DNA from: an uncultured delta proteobacterium
Lineage (GTDB): Bacteria; Desulfobacterota; Desulfomonilia; Desulfomonilales; Desulfomonilaceae
NCBI GenBank assembly: GCA_963789265.1
Contig: CAWBKB010000005.1
Span: 704,001-768,000 of the forward strand
Direction: 5' to 3'
DNA length: 64,000 nt
Shown: one piece after another, positions 33,296-43,793 of the stretch
How the letters are laid out: every line of letters begins with the position of its first letter
How positions within the stretch are numbered: the stretch's first letter is position 1
The notes under the pieces: generated by a model
Database searches by the model: none
What the model saw: the letters and a program-made list of their open reading frames with translations, nothing else
Told to the model about the DNA's origin: nothing
Program-made: the position numbers and the translations under genes

Positions 33296-36200
33296 TTATC
33301 CGGCTATTTCTCTGCGCATGGCCATATCCATGAGCACGCGCTCTCTGGCCTTGTCTATACCGAGTGCTTTTCTTTTGGAATCAATATGGGCTAGGCAGCG
33401 TTTGGCCATCTCATACGGGTCTTTCTCAACGAAATCCCATCTTCCGCCGTAAACCTTCTCGATATCTTTGAACAGGTAATTGGTACAGATGTCCTCGTTG
33501 ATCGTCGGGAAGCCAGCGCCAAAGAGGACATAACAGCCGGAAGCGACGAAGTACTGGCCGATTGACACCGCCTTCTCACTCATCCACTCGGGTGCCACGC
33601 CTACCGCAGGCAGATCGGAGATGTCATCACCGAGTCCGCCGTCCCTGACGACCGCGGTAGCGGCCATGAGGATCCTGGAGTTATCAACACAGGAACCCAT
33701 GTGCAGGACGGGCGGTATGCCCACGGTTTCGCAGACTTCGGCAAGACCGGCTCCTCCATATTTGGCCGCTGCTTCCGGTGTCAGCAGACCTGCCTTCCCG
33801 AGGGCTATGGCTGCGCAACCGGTGGTGAGGACAAGAACATCGTTCTTGATAAGTTCTTTGGCGAGTTCGACATGCAGGAAGTCGTGCTGAACTCGTGGAT
33901 TCCCGCAACCGACTATGCCGGCCAGACCACGTACGCGACCGTTAATGATGTTGTCATTCAACGGCCGATAGCTGGCGCGGAACAGACCGCCTAGCATATA
34001 GGTTATGGTTTCGTGGCTAAAGCCGACTACCATGTCCTGTTGTTCTGTTGGGATTGAAACTTTGCTCTTGTCCCTGTTGGGGAAGTTGTCAATGGCGTCC
34101 TTGACGATCGCTTTTGCAGTCTCGAGACCGTAACGTTCGTCATACGCGTAATGCTTGTACGCACCCTGCATCTGCGCGATGGGACTCGTGGTCACTACCT
34201 GGGTGTGGAAGCATTTAGCCAATTCCGCAAGGCCCTGCATCACACACTGAACGTCCACCACGATGGCCTCGAGGGCTCCGGTAATGACAGCCATTTCCTG
34301 CTGCAGGTAATTGCCCGCAATGGGAATGCCGTGGCGCATCAGGATCTCGTTTGAGGTGCAACAGATGCCACCAAGGCTAATTCCACCGGTTGCTCCCTTG
34401 CTCTTGGCGTATGCGATCGTTTCCGGGTCCTGAACAGCCTGGACAATAATCTCGGAGAGAGAGGGCTCATGGCCGTGAACAATGATGTTCACGGTGTCTT
34501 CCTTCATACATCCCAGATTCACCTTGCCAAGTACCGGTACTGGGGTCCCATAAAGGATGTCGGACAGGTCGGTGGCTATCATGGAGCCGCCCCAGCCGTC
34601 GGCGAGGGCGCACTTTGTGGAAAGGCGTATGATGTGCTCCATGTCCTGATTGACGCCCATGTGGGTCATGTGCATAACTTCGACAACGGGGCGGTCAATC
34701 CCGGCAGGCACAACCCCTTCTTTACGCCAGATTTCCTGACGCTTCAGGGGCGCTCGCTGGACGTTGACGATCTCACCGTCCTGTTGGCCGTATTGCTGCA
34801 AAGCCTTTTCGCCGACTTCGATAGCTATGTCCTTGATCTCTCGGCCTTCCGTCTGGATGCCGTAATCCATGGCCACTGCGAGAAGCTTGGGAATGTCTTT
34901 GATCTGATAGTCGGGGAGTTCACCCTTGGCTGCGTGGAGAAAGGTATGGGCCACATGTCGGCCGTGATCGCTGTGCGCGGCTGCACCGGCGGCAACCATC
35001 CTGGCGAAGTTACGGGCGGCAATTGTTTCCGGGGTTGCTCCACACAGACCGCATCTCTTCTTTCTCTCTTCCGGTGTTTCCGTCTTTCCCTTAGGTGGTA
35101 AGACGCGGCATGGTCCCATGTTACAGATTTTGCAGCAGGTCCCACCTTTGCCTATCGGGCAGGCGGTCATAGTTCGGGAACGATGAAATGCGGTGGAATA
35201 GCCTTCTCTGTCAGCTATTTTCAGACCTTCGAGCGTTACTGGATCGATAGTATGCTGGGTCCAGTCGGCAGGCCCAATCTCTTTCTTCTTGGCGGGCGGC
35301 GCAACAACTGCCGGCCCTGCCGCTTTAGCTGCGGCGGGTGCCTCGCCTGCGAAGGCCGATCTCAGGGCCTTGAACACAGTAACCATCTCTTTGAGGTCTT
35401 TAACGAGTTCGTTGGGCATGAGGGCTTCCTCTTGTACATCTGTGGATTTGGCAGCCGCGGCTGGCATTTCCTTGTCAGGGGCAGCTTTCTCGACCTTGGC
35501 AGCCGGTTCGGGCTTCGGCACGGGCGCGATCTTCTGCTCCGCGGGTTTGGCCGGGACAGGCTTAGCCGCCGGCTTCGCGGCAGCGGGGGCTGCCTTACTT
35601 GGGGCAGGCTGAGCCTCGGCGGCAAAAGACATGTCCACCCCCATAGCGTCTAGAGTGGTCTCGATCATCACGTCGGATAAGTACTTGCGAATATGATCCA
35701 GGGTCTTGGGGTGCCTCAAAATCAGAATGTCGGAACCTGCCTGAAGGGCACTCAGACCGGTTATTGCCTCGAGATTGACTGCTCGTACGCCGGCGTCGCC
35801 CAACCTCGGCTCTTCTTCGGTGGGGAGCTTTGCTTCTTTGGTCTTCCAGACTTCTTCGGCAATATTATTGATAATGGGATACTGAAGCTTATCGTCGTTC
35901 TGGGTCAGGGCAGCCTGACGGATTCTTTCCATGATAGAATAACAGTATTCCATCCCGTAACCCACGGAGCCTGTGGTTGGATCAATAAGGATCTTGTCAT
36001 TGGGTACGCCGAGGTTTTCGAGAAGAATATTGAGTTGCTTGGCGAGGTTTATATCAATGGGGGAGTTCGCCGCAACCACATGCTTATATGCTATGGCAGC
36101 CGCTCCCACCTGCTTGTAGTTCCCCTCTGTGACCGGACCTATTACGACGTTCAACCCCGCGCATGACTCTGCCACAGCTTTGAGGACCTCAGTATTCTTG

Positions 36201-36601
36201 TCGTCATTGGAGGTTCCCCAGACAATTAACGGAACACTGATCGCCTCGGCCACCTCTTTGGCGACTTTGGCCGCGTGTTCGGCAGGGAGGTTCTTGCCGT
36301 TAGGATCGGTACCTGCGAGCCAAAGGCACACTATGTCGGCCTTGTATGTATCAACGCATTTCTTTGCCCAGGCAACGGGGTTGCCCAGCACGTCCTTAAA
36401 AGGTTCCAGGGCTTCTGCGGCCCATTCTTCGGGTTCGACGTCCAAAACTTGAAGAGCGAGCTTCGGAGTATTAGGAGTCTTTCCCTCGAAAGAGTAGAAG
36501 CTGTAGCCCGTCTCTCCGCCTACAATCACTTCACATCCTGGTTTTCCTATCTTGATTTCGCGGATTTTTCCGGAGTACTTTATTTTTGGCAGTTCAGCCA
36601 T
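33296..36601 (-). CDS. Fusion of corrinoid Fe-S protein small (delta) subunit AcsD and Ni-CO dehydrogenase CooS/AcsA
   Basis: N-terminal ~310 aa: SPIDINLAKQLN, IDPTTG..GYGMEY, ILRHP; Ala/Pro/Lys linker; C-terminal CCKICNMGPC, AAHSDH, HGHEP, ICCT, DVQC, GCGN, HMGSCVDNSR, PEWMSEKA. Confidence 0.92.
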   Translation of the reverse strand: MAELPKIKYSGKIREIKIGKPGCEVIVGGETGYSFYSFEGKTPNTPKLALQVLDVEPEEWAAEALEPFKDVLGNPVAWAKKCVDTYKADIVCLWLAGTDPNGKNLPAEHAAKVAKEVAEAISVPLIVWGTSNDDKNTEVLKAVAESCAGLNVVIGPVTEGNYKQVGAAAIAYKHVVAANSPIDINLAKQLNILLENLGVPNDKILIDPTTGSVGYGMEYCYSIMERIRQAALTQNDDKLQYPIINNIAEEVWKTKEAKLPTEEEPRLGDAGVRAVNLEAITGLSALQAGSDILILRHPKTLDHIRKYLSDVMIETTLDAMGVDMSFAAEAQPAPSKAAPAAAKPAAKPVPAKPAEQKIAPVPKPEPAAKVEKAAPDKEMPAAAAKSTDVQEEALMPNELVKDLKEMVTVFKALRSAFAGEAPAAAKAAGPAVVAPPAKKKEIGPADWTQHTIDPVTLEGLKIADREGYSTAFHRSRTMTACPIGKGGTCCKICNMGPCRVLPPKGKTETPEERKKRCGLCGATPETIAARNFARMVAAGAAAHSDHGRHVAHTFLHAAKGELPDYQIKDIPKLLAVAMDYGIQTEGREIKDIAIEVGEKALQQYGQQDGEIVNVQRAPLKRQEIWRKEGVVPAGIDRPVVEVMHMTHMGVNQDMEHIIRLSTKCALADGWGGSMIATDLSDILYGTPVPVLGKVNLGCMKEDTVNIIVHGHEPSLSEIIVQAVQDPETIAYAKSKGATGGISLGGICCTSNEILMRHGIPIAGNYLQQEMAVITGALEAIVVDVQCVMQGLAELAKCFHTQVVTTSPIAQMQGAYKHYAYDERYGLETAKAIVKDAIDNFPNRDKSKVSIPTEQQDMVVGFSHETITYMLGGLFRASYRPLNDNIINGRVRGLAGIVGCGNPRVQHDFLHVELAKELIKNDVLVLTTGCAAIALGKAGLLTPEAAAKYGGAGLAEVCETVGIPPVLHMGSCVDNSRILMAATAVVRDGGLGDDISDLPAVGVAPEWMSEKAVSIGQYFVASGCYVLFGAGFPTINEDICTNYLFKDIEKVYGGRWDFVEKDPYEMAKRCLAHIDSKRKALGIDKARERVLMDMAMRREIAG

Positions 36602-36665
36602 ACGCCACCTTCCTTAGCCGGGTTATTAGACAGTGAGGTCATTCATATTCTTTGGAAAGAACATC

Positions 36666-36899
36666 TCAGGCGGGATTCTTTCTCTTTTCGCTGCCAAACC
36701 ACTCTTTGGAATAGAAGTATCTTTCCGCGGTGGTAAGGTATCTCATGGCGGGGCGGGTTGCCTCGCCAATGTTGACGGAGTTGATATTAGTTCGCCACTG
36801 GTAACGGTCCTGGTCCGTACCTTCAGCGTAAGTGGGCATCAAGATTTTGACCTTTTGCCCATCAAACCGCTCTTTCTCTTCGTACTTGTCGGCAGGCAT
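36666..36899 (-). CDS. Small hypothetical protein heading the acs cluster
   Basis: 77 aa, RBS AGAGGAG, co-oriented 64 nt before acsD-cooS. Confidence 0.65.
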   Translation of the reverse strand: MPADKYEEKERFDGQKVKILMPTYAEGTDQDRYQWRTNINSVNIGEATRPAMRYLTTAERYFYSKEWFGSEKRKNPA

Positions 36900-37247
36900 A
36901 AACGCACTCCTCTCTCGTATCGAGGTCCTTAATTGACTATGGCAAAAAGCTGCCAGGGGTCTTGCTTTTTCCGGAAACCGGAGACTGCGATGGGTAAGCC
37001 TTATTATTATGCCGAACTATCCTTGTGACCGCAATATTTTTTTGGGAATTTGCCGTAGATAGTACGTTTTCGGAAAAGGCGCGCGGGCAAAGCTGGTTCG
37101 TCCAGGTGCCGCCACAACGGCGTAATTCCGTCATAGTAATTCAGGCTAAACTGCATGCAGTCGTTGAGATCCGGGGTACCCGCGCAATGAGTAAGCCGCA
37201 ACCATAACAAGACCGCGGCAATGAACGGCGCACCGGATACAAAAATT

Positions 37248-37276
37248 ATTATAGCAGGTGGGGATCATTTGTGGAA
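37248..37276 (-). promoter_or_regulatory. Candidate extended -10 promoter for the acs cluster
   Basis: Minus strand TTCCAC-17 nt-TATAAT with a TGn extension. Confidence 0.4.
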
Positions 37277-37329
37277 GTGCCCGAGCACTATTGTCGGACG
37301 CATCACTTACGCCGGGAATCTTCCGTCCC

Positions 37330-37381
37330 TTGTCGTGGCGAGGAGCGACGTCCCGCGGCCCGCGGGATTCGCAATGACAAT
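37330..37381. repeat. Collapsed GTCATTGCGAG-type palindrome carrying the TCCCGCG hairpin
   Basis: TTGTCGTGGCGAGGAG...TCCCGCGGCCCGCGGGA...TCGCAATGACAA. Confidence 0.7.
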
Positions 37382-37443
37382 CTCTTCCCTGGCACAACTG
37401 AGTGCCCGGCCACTGTAGCGAGATCCGGCGTGGGATGAGCAGG

Positions 37444-38979
37444 CTAAAGCCTTACTGACGGCTTAGGTCTCTTTGCTAGATAATCCAGCCGGTTGAGGGC
37501 GTTCACCATGGCTTTTGCAGAAGCGACGAGTATGTCCTCGTGCGCGCCCTTTCCCACTGCTATGCTGCCGGCTTCTTCGAGGCGAATGGTCGCTTCGCCG
37601 AGGGCGTCAGTTCCGTCGGTGATGGCACTGATCGAGAACCGCAAGAGCTTAGGATTACGGCCCGTCAGCCTCATGATTGTGTTGTAAGCGGCATCGACGG
37701 GGCCGTTGCCCAGTTCGGCTCCATGATGCTCAAGCCCTTCTATTTCCATGCTTACTGTCGCAGTAGGAACGACATGCGTGCCGGACATGATGGTGACGGA
37801 GAGCAACTTGTAGGTCTCTGCAATCCGGAGGACTTCTTCCGCTATGATTGCTTCAATGTCCTCATCGAAGATGGTCTTCTTGCGGTCGGCAAGATTCTTG
37901 AATCGCTCGAAGGTGCGATTGATCTCCTCTTCGGTCAGTTGGTAACCCAATGATTTGATTCGCTCCCTTAGAGCATGGCGACCTGAATGCTTTCCAAGCA
38001 CTAATGAGGATTTCGCGATCCCGACTGATTCGGGGTCCATGATTTCGTATGTGGACTTTTCTTTGATAACGCCGTCCTGATGTATGCCGGCTTCATGAGC
38101 AAAGGCGTTGGCGCCGACTATGGCCTTATTGGGCTGGACCGTGATCCCCGTGATAGCGGTGACAAGGCGGCTGGTGTGGAAGATTTGCTGAGTGACTATA
38201 CCGGTGTGCACGCCGAATACGTCTTGCCTAGTTTTGAGGATCATGGCTATTTCTTCAAGGGAGGCGTTTCCGGCACGCTCGCCGATTCCGTTGATGGTAG
38301 CCTCCACTTGTCTGGCGCCGGCCCTGATAGCCGACAAAGAATTTGCAACCGCGAGTCCTAGGTCGTTGTGACAGTGGACTGAGATAACGACATTCTCGAT
38401 GCCCTTTATCGTGTCGCGAACCGTCCGAATTAAGCCGGCGATCTCCTCCGGGTAAGAATAACCAACCGTATCGGGGATATTGATGGTCCCCGCTCTCTCG
38501 TTGACAGCGGTTTGTATTACGCGGCAAAGGAAAGCGGGATCGCTGCGGGTGGCGTCCTCGCAGGAGAACTCCACCCAATCCGACAGAGACCGAGCCAAAC
38601 GCACGGCTTGGCCGGCACGGTCGACGACCTCGTCGCGCGACATTTTCAGTTTATGTTCAAGGTGTATGTCACTAGTGGCGATGAATGTGTGGATGCCCGG
38701 AAGAGGGGCGTCCTCCACCGCGCGCCAGGCGGTTTCTATATCTTCTGCTGCCGCGCGGGCCAGGCCCACGACGCGGACGGTCTTGACTTCGCGGGCGATC
38801 TTGCTCACAGCCTCTCGATCACCTTCAGAACTCGCGGGAAAGCCCGCTTCAATGATGTCTACTCCAAGATTCTCCAATTGCCTTGCCAACTGAAGTTTTT
38901 CCTGCTGGTTCATAGTAGCGCCGGGTGACTGCTCGCCGTCCCGGAGAGTGGTGTCGAATATCAGAACTCTTTCCGACAT
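37444..38979 (-). CDS. leuA: 2-isopropylmalate synthase
   Basis: DTTLRDGEQ, HCHNDLG, GIGERAGN, LGKHSG, GNGPVDA. Confidence 0.97.
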   Translation of the reverse strand: MSERVLIFDTTLRDGEQSPGATMNQQEKLQLARQLENLGVDIIEAGFPASSEGDREAVSKIAREVKTVRVVGLARAAAEDIETAWRAVEDAPLPGIHTFIATSDIHLEHKLKMSRDEVVDRAGQAVRLARSLSDWVEFSCEDATRSDPAFLCRVIQTAVNERAGTINIPDTVGYSYPEEIAGLIRTVRDTIKGIENVVISVHCHNDLGLAVANSLSAIRAGARQVEATINGIGERAGNASLEEIAMILKTRQDVFGVHTGIVTQQIFHTSRLVTAITGITVQPNKAIVGANAFAHEAGIHQDGVIKEKSTYEIMDPESVGIAKSSLVLGKHSGRHALRERIKSLGYQLTEEEINRTFERFKNLADRKKTIFDEDIEAIIAEEVLRIAETYKLLSVTIMSGTHVVPTATVSMEIEGLEHHGAELGNGPVDAAYNTIMRLTGRNPKLLRFSISAITDGTDALGEATIRLEEAGSIAVGKGAHEDILVASAKAMVNALNRLDYLAKRPKPSVRL

Positions 38980-39266
38980 TTCCTCCTCCTATCAATTTGA
39001 AGGCGCGTTGAGAGGTGCATTTGCCGCGCCTCGCAAGAGACGCTTCTTTCGGTGGACAAGAAATGTTTATCATTCTCAAGGCTCAATTTGCAATGTGTTG
39101 TTGAGGGCCGAGCGGCAGGGCGGATCGTATGCGAGTTTCGAGGGAAAGAACTATGCTGCCGGACGCGACACTACCGCGCGAAAAACCCACGGAGAACGGT
39201 ATCGGCCTGCGTGCCGGGCGCGATGCGATTGCGCAACACCTGGGAAGGGGAAAAGTCTAACAATGG

Positions 39267-40157
39267 TCAGGTAGTAGAGTTTTTCGGGACCGATGGTACC
39301 CCGGCGGTGGAGGTCGGTAATTCGGAAGGCTGCTCAAGTACGTTCTGTCTGGTGCGGAAATGCAGTGCAAACGTCAGAATCGGGCCGGAAACAAGATAGC
39401 CGGCGCAAAGGAAGAATGGAACAACGAGGGGAGCAGCCGCTATGAGGGCCAAGAGCAAAACGAAGGCAACGGTCGAACTAAAGGGCTTCTGCTTAACGAG
39501 AGTAAGGTCCTTGAAGGCATGAAACTTTATGGAGCTGACCATGAGAAAAGAGATCGCGTAAGTGAGAATAAGCAAGGCAGTGCTGAAATCCGAAGGATCG
39601 AGCCGAAGTTTGTCAAAAAAAAGCACAGTAGTGGCAACCATGGCCGCGGCCGCCGGTATCGGCAATCCGTTGAATCTTTTAGGATCGATGTTGCCGGACT
39701 GAACATTGAACCTTGCCAATCTGAGTGCGCCGCAGGCCACAAAAACAAAAGCGCTTACCCAGCCGATGCGGTTGTAGGAGGCAAGGGCCCAAGTGTACAT
39801 TAGGAGGGCCGGGGCCACCCCGAAGGAAATAACGTCCGCTAAGGAGTCAAGCTCCAACCCAAAACGGGTAGTGGTTTTGGTGAGGCGTGCCACCTTCCCG
39901 TCAATGCCGTCGAAAAAACCTGCAGCTAAAATGAGCGCGCCTGCCCACAAAAAGTCGTGGTTTATTGACTCGATCATGCTGTAAAAGCTAAAGAAAATGC
40001 TGGTTAGGGTGAGAAGTGAGGGAAGAATAAAAATCCCGCGCTTCATTTTGTTGATGGGGATTCTCTTTCGCTTGGGTTTGGTAGGGAAGTCATTGCCGTC
40101 TAGCTGCCGTCTCCGATTCCTAAAAAAGGGTCGTCTTTTTCGAGGTCGTGTCGTCAT
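39267..40157 (-). CDS. pssA: CDP-diacylglycerol--serine O-phosphatidyltransferase
   Basis: DGIDGKVAR...G.ELDSLADVISFGVAP, RLARFN, FNGLPIP. Confidence 0.95.
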   Translation of the reverse strand: MTTRPRKRRPFFRNRRRQLDGNDFPTKPKRKRIPINKMKRGIFILPSLLTLTSIFFSFYSMIESINHDFLWAGALILAAGFFDGIDGKVARLTKTTTRFGLELDSLADVISFGVAPALLMYTWALASYNRIGWVSAFVFVACGALRLARFNVQSGNIDPKRFNGLPIPAAAAMVATTVLFFDKLRLDPSDFSTALLILTYAISFLMVSSIKFHAFKDLTLVKQKPFSSTVAFVLLLALIAAAPLVVPFFLCAGYLVSGPILTFALHFRTRQNVLEQPSELPTSTAGVPSVPKNSTT

Positions 40158-40392
40158 AAATAGGCACCTATGTCAGGTCGGTAACAATCTCCGCGTTGGG
40201 CGATGAACTTCCGAGTTTTTTTGATTCGGGGCACAGCTTCGTCCGTGCTATCGGAACGCTATGGTCGGAAGCAGGACAATTTCCTCGCTCAGCACCCCGG
40301 CTATCCGGGTCTGCGCAGCGCGGGTGGCCGAATGTTCCACCGCAAAGCTAATGGTATCATAAATCTTCTGTTAAATTGTGACAAGAAATGTA

Positions 40393-41082
40393 CTAAGATT
40401 TTGGCACCTGAACGCGTGGGTCGGCTGTAAGCGGCTCTTTGGCTATTACAGTGACCCCGGCTCTGACAGGCATCCCGACGCTGACTAGAAAAGAGATGGT
40501 TTCAGGCAAGTAGATGTCCAGCCTGGATCCGAATCGAATAAGGCCGAATCTTTCACCTTGGCGGACCTGGTCACCTTCCCGCACCCAGCACGCAATTCTC
40601 CTGGCGATTTTGCCCGCGATTTGAACAACTTCAATTGCGACCTCGTCATTTTGTATGATCAGAGAATTATGCTCATTCAACAGTGAGGATGCCGGTTCGC
40701 GAGCATCGAGAAATCGGCCGGGAACGTGCTTGATTGCTTTGACAGTGCCGGAAATTGGGCAGCGATTCACATGGGTATTAAATATAGACATGAAGATACT
40801 TATGCGCTTGAGGGACGGGTCGGGGAGATTGTCCGAATGTGCATTTTCCACTATTTCAACTACCGTGCCGTCGGCCGGAGAGACAACAAGGCCATCGCCA
40901 GTGGGGGGAGTGCGTTCCGGATTGCGGAAGAAGAAAACTATCGCGACGGCGAGGGTCAGAAAAGCAAGGGATGCCCAGGGATAGCCGAACCACCAGGCGA
41001 CAAGGCCCAACAGACCGGGTGGGGCGATGAACGGATAGCCTTCTCGAGCGATGGGTTCGTAGTGGCCGGCCTTGGCGATCAT
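40393..41082 (-). CDS. psd: Phosphatidylserine decarboxylase proenzyme
   Basis: FFRNPER, SPADG, HVNR, QIAG, RFGSR self-cleavage motif. Confidence 0.95.
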   Translation of the reverse strand: MIAKAGHYEPIAREGYPFIAPPGLLGLVAWWFGYPWASLAFLTLAVAIVFFFRNPERTPPTGDGLVVSPADGTVVEIVENAHSDNLPDPSLKRISIFMSIFNTHVNRCPISGTVKAIKHVPGRFLDAREPASSLLNEHNSLIIQNDEVAIEVVQIAGKIARRIACWVREGDQVRQGERFGLIRFGSRLDIYLPETISFLVSVGMPVRAGVTVIAKEPLTADPRVQVPKS

Positions 41083-41101
41083 TGATGAGTCGCACCTGCC
41101 T

Positions 41102-41593
41102 TCAAGGGGTTTGCTTTCCCCTGGGAATTGCAATGGCGCCGGTACGAATGAATTCCGTAATGCCCAGGGGGGTCAGCAGCTCGAGCACCGCCTCGATTTT
41201 TCCCTGAGCTCCGGATACCTCGAGAGTTATATTGTCGCGGGCGACGTCCACCACTTTTCCTCTAAAAATGTCGGCAATCCGTAAGACCTCGGCCCTCTTG
41301 GCCGCGGTGGCCTTCACTCGGACAAAAATCATCTCTCTGTCCACGTAGTCACCTGATGTGAGGTCTTGGACCTTGACTACGTTGATGAGCTTTCTCAGTT
41401 GTTTGATAATCTGTTCGATAATCTGATCGCTTCCATGTGTGACGATGGTCATCCTGGAGTACTCGGTATCCAGGGTGGGGGCGACCGCCAAAGAATGTAT
41501 GTTGAAGGAGCGGCCGGAGAACATGCCGGCGACGCGGGCGAGCACGCCGGGCTTGTTTTCTACGAGTACAGAGATGACGCGGCGGGTTTCCAT
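41102..41593 (-). CDS. ilvN: Acetolactate synthase small subunit
   Basis: ISVLVENKPGVLARV, FNIHSL, KQLRKLINV, RTG. Confidence 0.96.
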   Translation of the reverse strand: METRRVISVLVENKPGVLARVAGMFSGRSFNIHSLAVAPTLDTEYSRMTIVTHGSDQIIEQIIKQLRKLINVVKVQDLTSGDYVDREMIFVRVKATAAKRAEVLRIADIFRGKVVDVARDNITLEVSGAQGKIEAVLELLTPLGITEFIRTGAIAIPRGKQTP

Positions 41594-43304
41594 TTATGTC
41601 AGAATCATTTCCGTCAGTGAGACACCTGAAGGGACCATTGGATAAACGCCCTCTTCACGCTCGACGACAAAGTCCATTATCACTGGACCGGGCGTCTCCA
41701 AAGCTCGCCTTATCGTGGGTTCCACCTCGTCCGTGGTCCGAGCGCGGAGGCCGAGGGCGTCATAGGCCTCGGCAAGCTTGATGAAATCGGGTGCGACCTG
41801 TATGTCGGTATGTGCGCAAACGTTTTCGTAAAAGCGCTCCTGCCATTGTCGAACCATTCCCAGATAACCGTTGTTCAGAATCGCTATCTTTATTGGCAGT
41901 TTGTACCTGTGCGACAGTTGCCAGCTCTTGGATATTCATTTGAATTGAACCATCACCAGCGATGTCTATCACCAATTTGTCGGGAAAGGCAATCTGGGCT
42001 CCGATTGCGGCCGGGAATCCGTAACCCATGGTGCCAAGGCCGCCGGACGAGAGAAATGTTTCTGGGCTCATCAAATAGGTAGTACTGTGCAGCCCACATC
42101 TGGTTCTGGCCGACTTCGGTAGTAACGATAGCACGGCCCTGTGTCAGTTCGTAAAGTTTTTCCACAACATACTGCGGTTTGATAGTTTCGGAGGTTCTAT
42201 CGAAGCGCTGTCGTTGTTCATTTCGCCAGACAGCAAGTTTGGCATGCCAACTTTTTAGACGTTTCCGGTCCTTCTCGGAATGGCCGCGCTTCTTTAAAGC
42301 CTCGATAAGCTTGATTAGAGCCTGCCGCGCATCGGCGACAATGGGAATGTCCACGGCCACGTTCTTCTGGATAGAGGCGGGATCTATATCCACATGAATG
42401 ATCTTGGCCTCGGGCGCAAACTCTTCGATCTTCCCGGTGACCCTGTCATCGAAGCGCGCTCCGATGGCAAAAAGCAAGTCAGAGTTGTTGACCGCCATAT
42501 TGGCACGGTATGTTCCGTGCATTCCGAGCATTCCGAGAGACAACGGATGCGTACCCGGAAAGCAGCCAAGCGCCATTAAAGTCATGGTTACGGGAAAGCC
42601 GGTCATTTCAGCGAGGGTTCGAAGCTCTGCATGAGCGCCGGCGGTGATGACACCGCCCCCAGCATAGATTACCGGTCTTTGGGCCGTTGCCATAAGCTCC
42701 GCGGCTCTCTTAATGGAGAAGGAGTGGGGCTCGAGTGTGGGTTTGTAGGTAGGAATGTCAACATGATCGGGATACTTGAAAACACCGGGGGCTTGCAGCA
42801 CATCTTTAGGTAGGTCCACGAGTACCGGCCCGGGGCGTCCCGTAGTCGCGATTGCGAAAGCTTCTTTGATGGTGCGGGACAAGTCTTCGACGCAGTTTAT
42901 CAAATAGTTGTGTTTGGTGCAGGGTTCTGGTAATGCCGACTATGTCTGCTTCCTGAAATGCATCGTTACCTATAAGGGGTGTAGGGACTTGGCCTGTGAA
43001 TACGAGGTACAGGGATGGAATCCATGTAGGCGGTGGCAAGTCCGGTAACCGTGTTGGTTCCTCCGGGGCCGGAGGTAACCAGGCACACGCCGGGTCTGCC
43101 CGTGGCTCGAGCGTAGCCGTCTGCCGCGTGGACTGCGGCCTGTTCGTGGCGGACAAGTATGAACTGAAAATCGTGAGGAAAGTGGCGTACCAAGGCGTCG
43201 AAGATATCGATGACCGCACCTCCGGGGTATCCGAAGATTGTGGTCACTCCTTCCTCTTTCAAGGATCTTAAAAGGATGTGGGCTCCGTTTATTGTCACTA
43301 TCAT
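41594..43304 (-). CDS. ilvB: Acetolactate synthase large subunit; four insertions (~43006, ~42923, ~42060, ~41906)
   Basis: [55 protein letters not shown] across five frame segments. Confidence 0.93.
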
Positions 43305-43347
43305 TCCAGTCAGTGGAGCAGGTACTTCTTTTGGGGCCGGACTTTGA

Positions 43348-43575
43348 TCACTCTCTTTGGCGGAGTCTCACAAGAATGCGTTCGAGCTGATCCCTGCCTT
43401 TCAATTTCTTCTTCTGAAGGGTCTTGCGCTCCAACTCTTCGGTTGGGGAGAGGTAAACTCTTCTATTGAATGAATCCAGTTGTTCCTCGAATTCAAGGTG
43501 CTCCCGCCATAGCCTTTTGAGCTCGGGGTCTTCGTCTTGCCATGCCGCGATCAGATCCAAGTCTTTCTGTTCCAT
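43348..43575 (-). CDS. DUF465/YdcH-like small coiled-coil protein
   Basis: ELKRLWREH...LSPTEELE...KKKLKGRD pattern; start re-assigned to MEQKD. Confidence 0.75.
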   Translation of the reverse strand: MEQKDLDLIAAWQDEDPELKRLWREHLEFEEQLDSFNRRVYLSPTEELERKTLQKKKLKGRDQLERILVRLRQRE

Positions 43576-43738
43576 CTGAACGCCCTTTTTGTTAGATCTT
43601 TGCGAGTTTTTTGCTAGTTTTTTATACGCGGGGAGGGAAGATTTGTCAATAATGTACGGTATTGAGCGCGGTTCTGCTGATGGTACAATAAACGAGAAAA
43701 TGGGAGCATAAATGAAGAAGGCCGTACAAAAGGCCGTA

Positions 43739-43754
43739 TGTTTCACGTGAAACA
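43739..43754. promoter_or_regulatory. parS: parS centromere-like site
   Basis: Exact TGTTTCACGTGAAACA within a 24-bp perfect palindrome (43735-43758), intergenic. Confidence 0.9.
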
Positions 43755-43793
43755 TACGACCCTCTCGTCGAATAATTACGGGATAATGAGGGG

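Noticed and set aside
36942..36955. sigma54 promoter for the acs cluster (minus strand TGGCAGCTTTTTGC)
   Set aside because: GG-to-GC spacing is 9 rather than the required 10 nt
43576..43755. N-terminal extension MFHVKH of the 135-aa ORF
   Set aside because: MFHVKH is simply the translated parS palindrome; the real start is probably 43575
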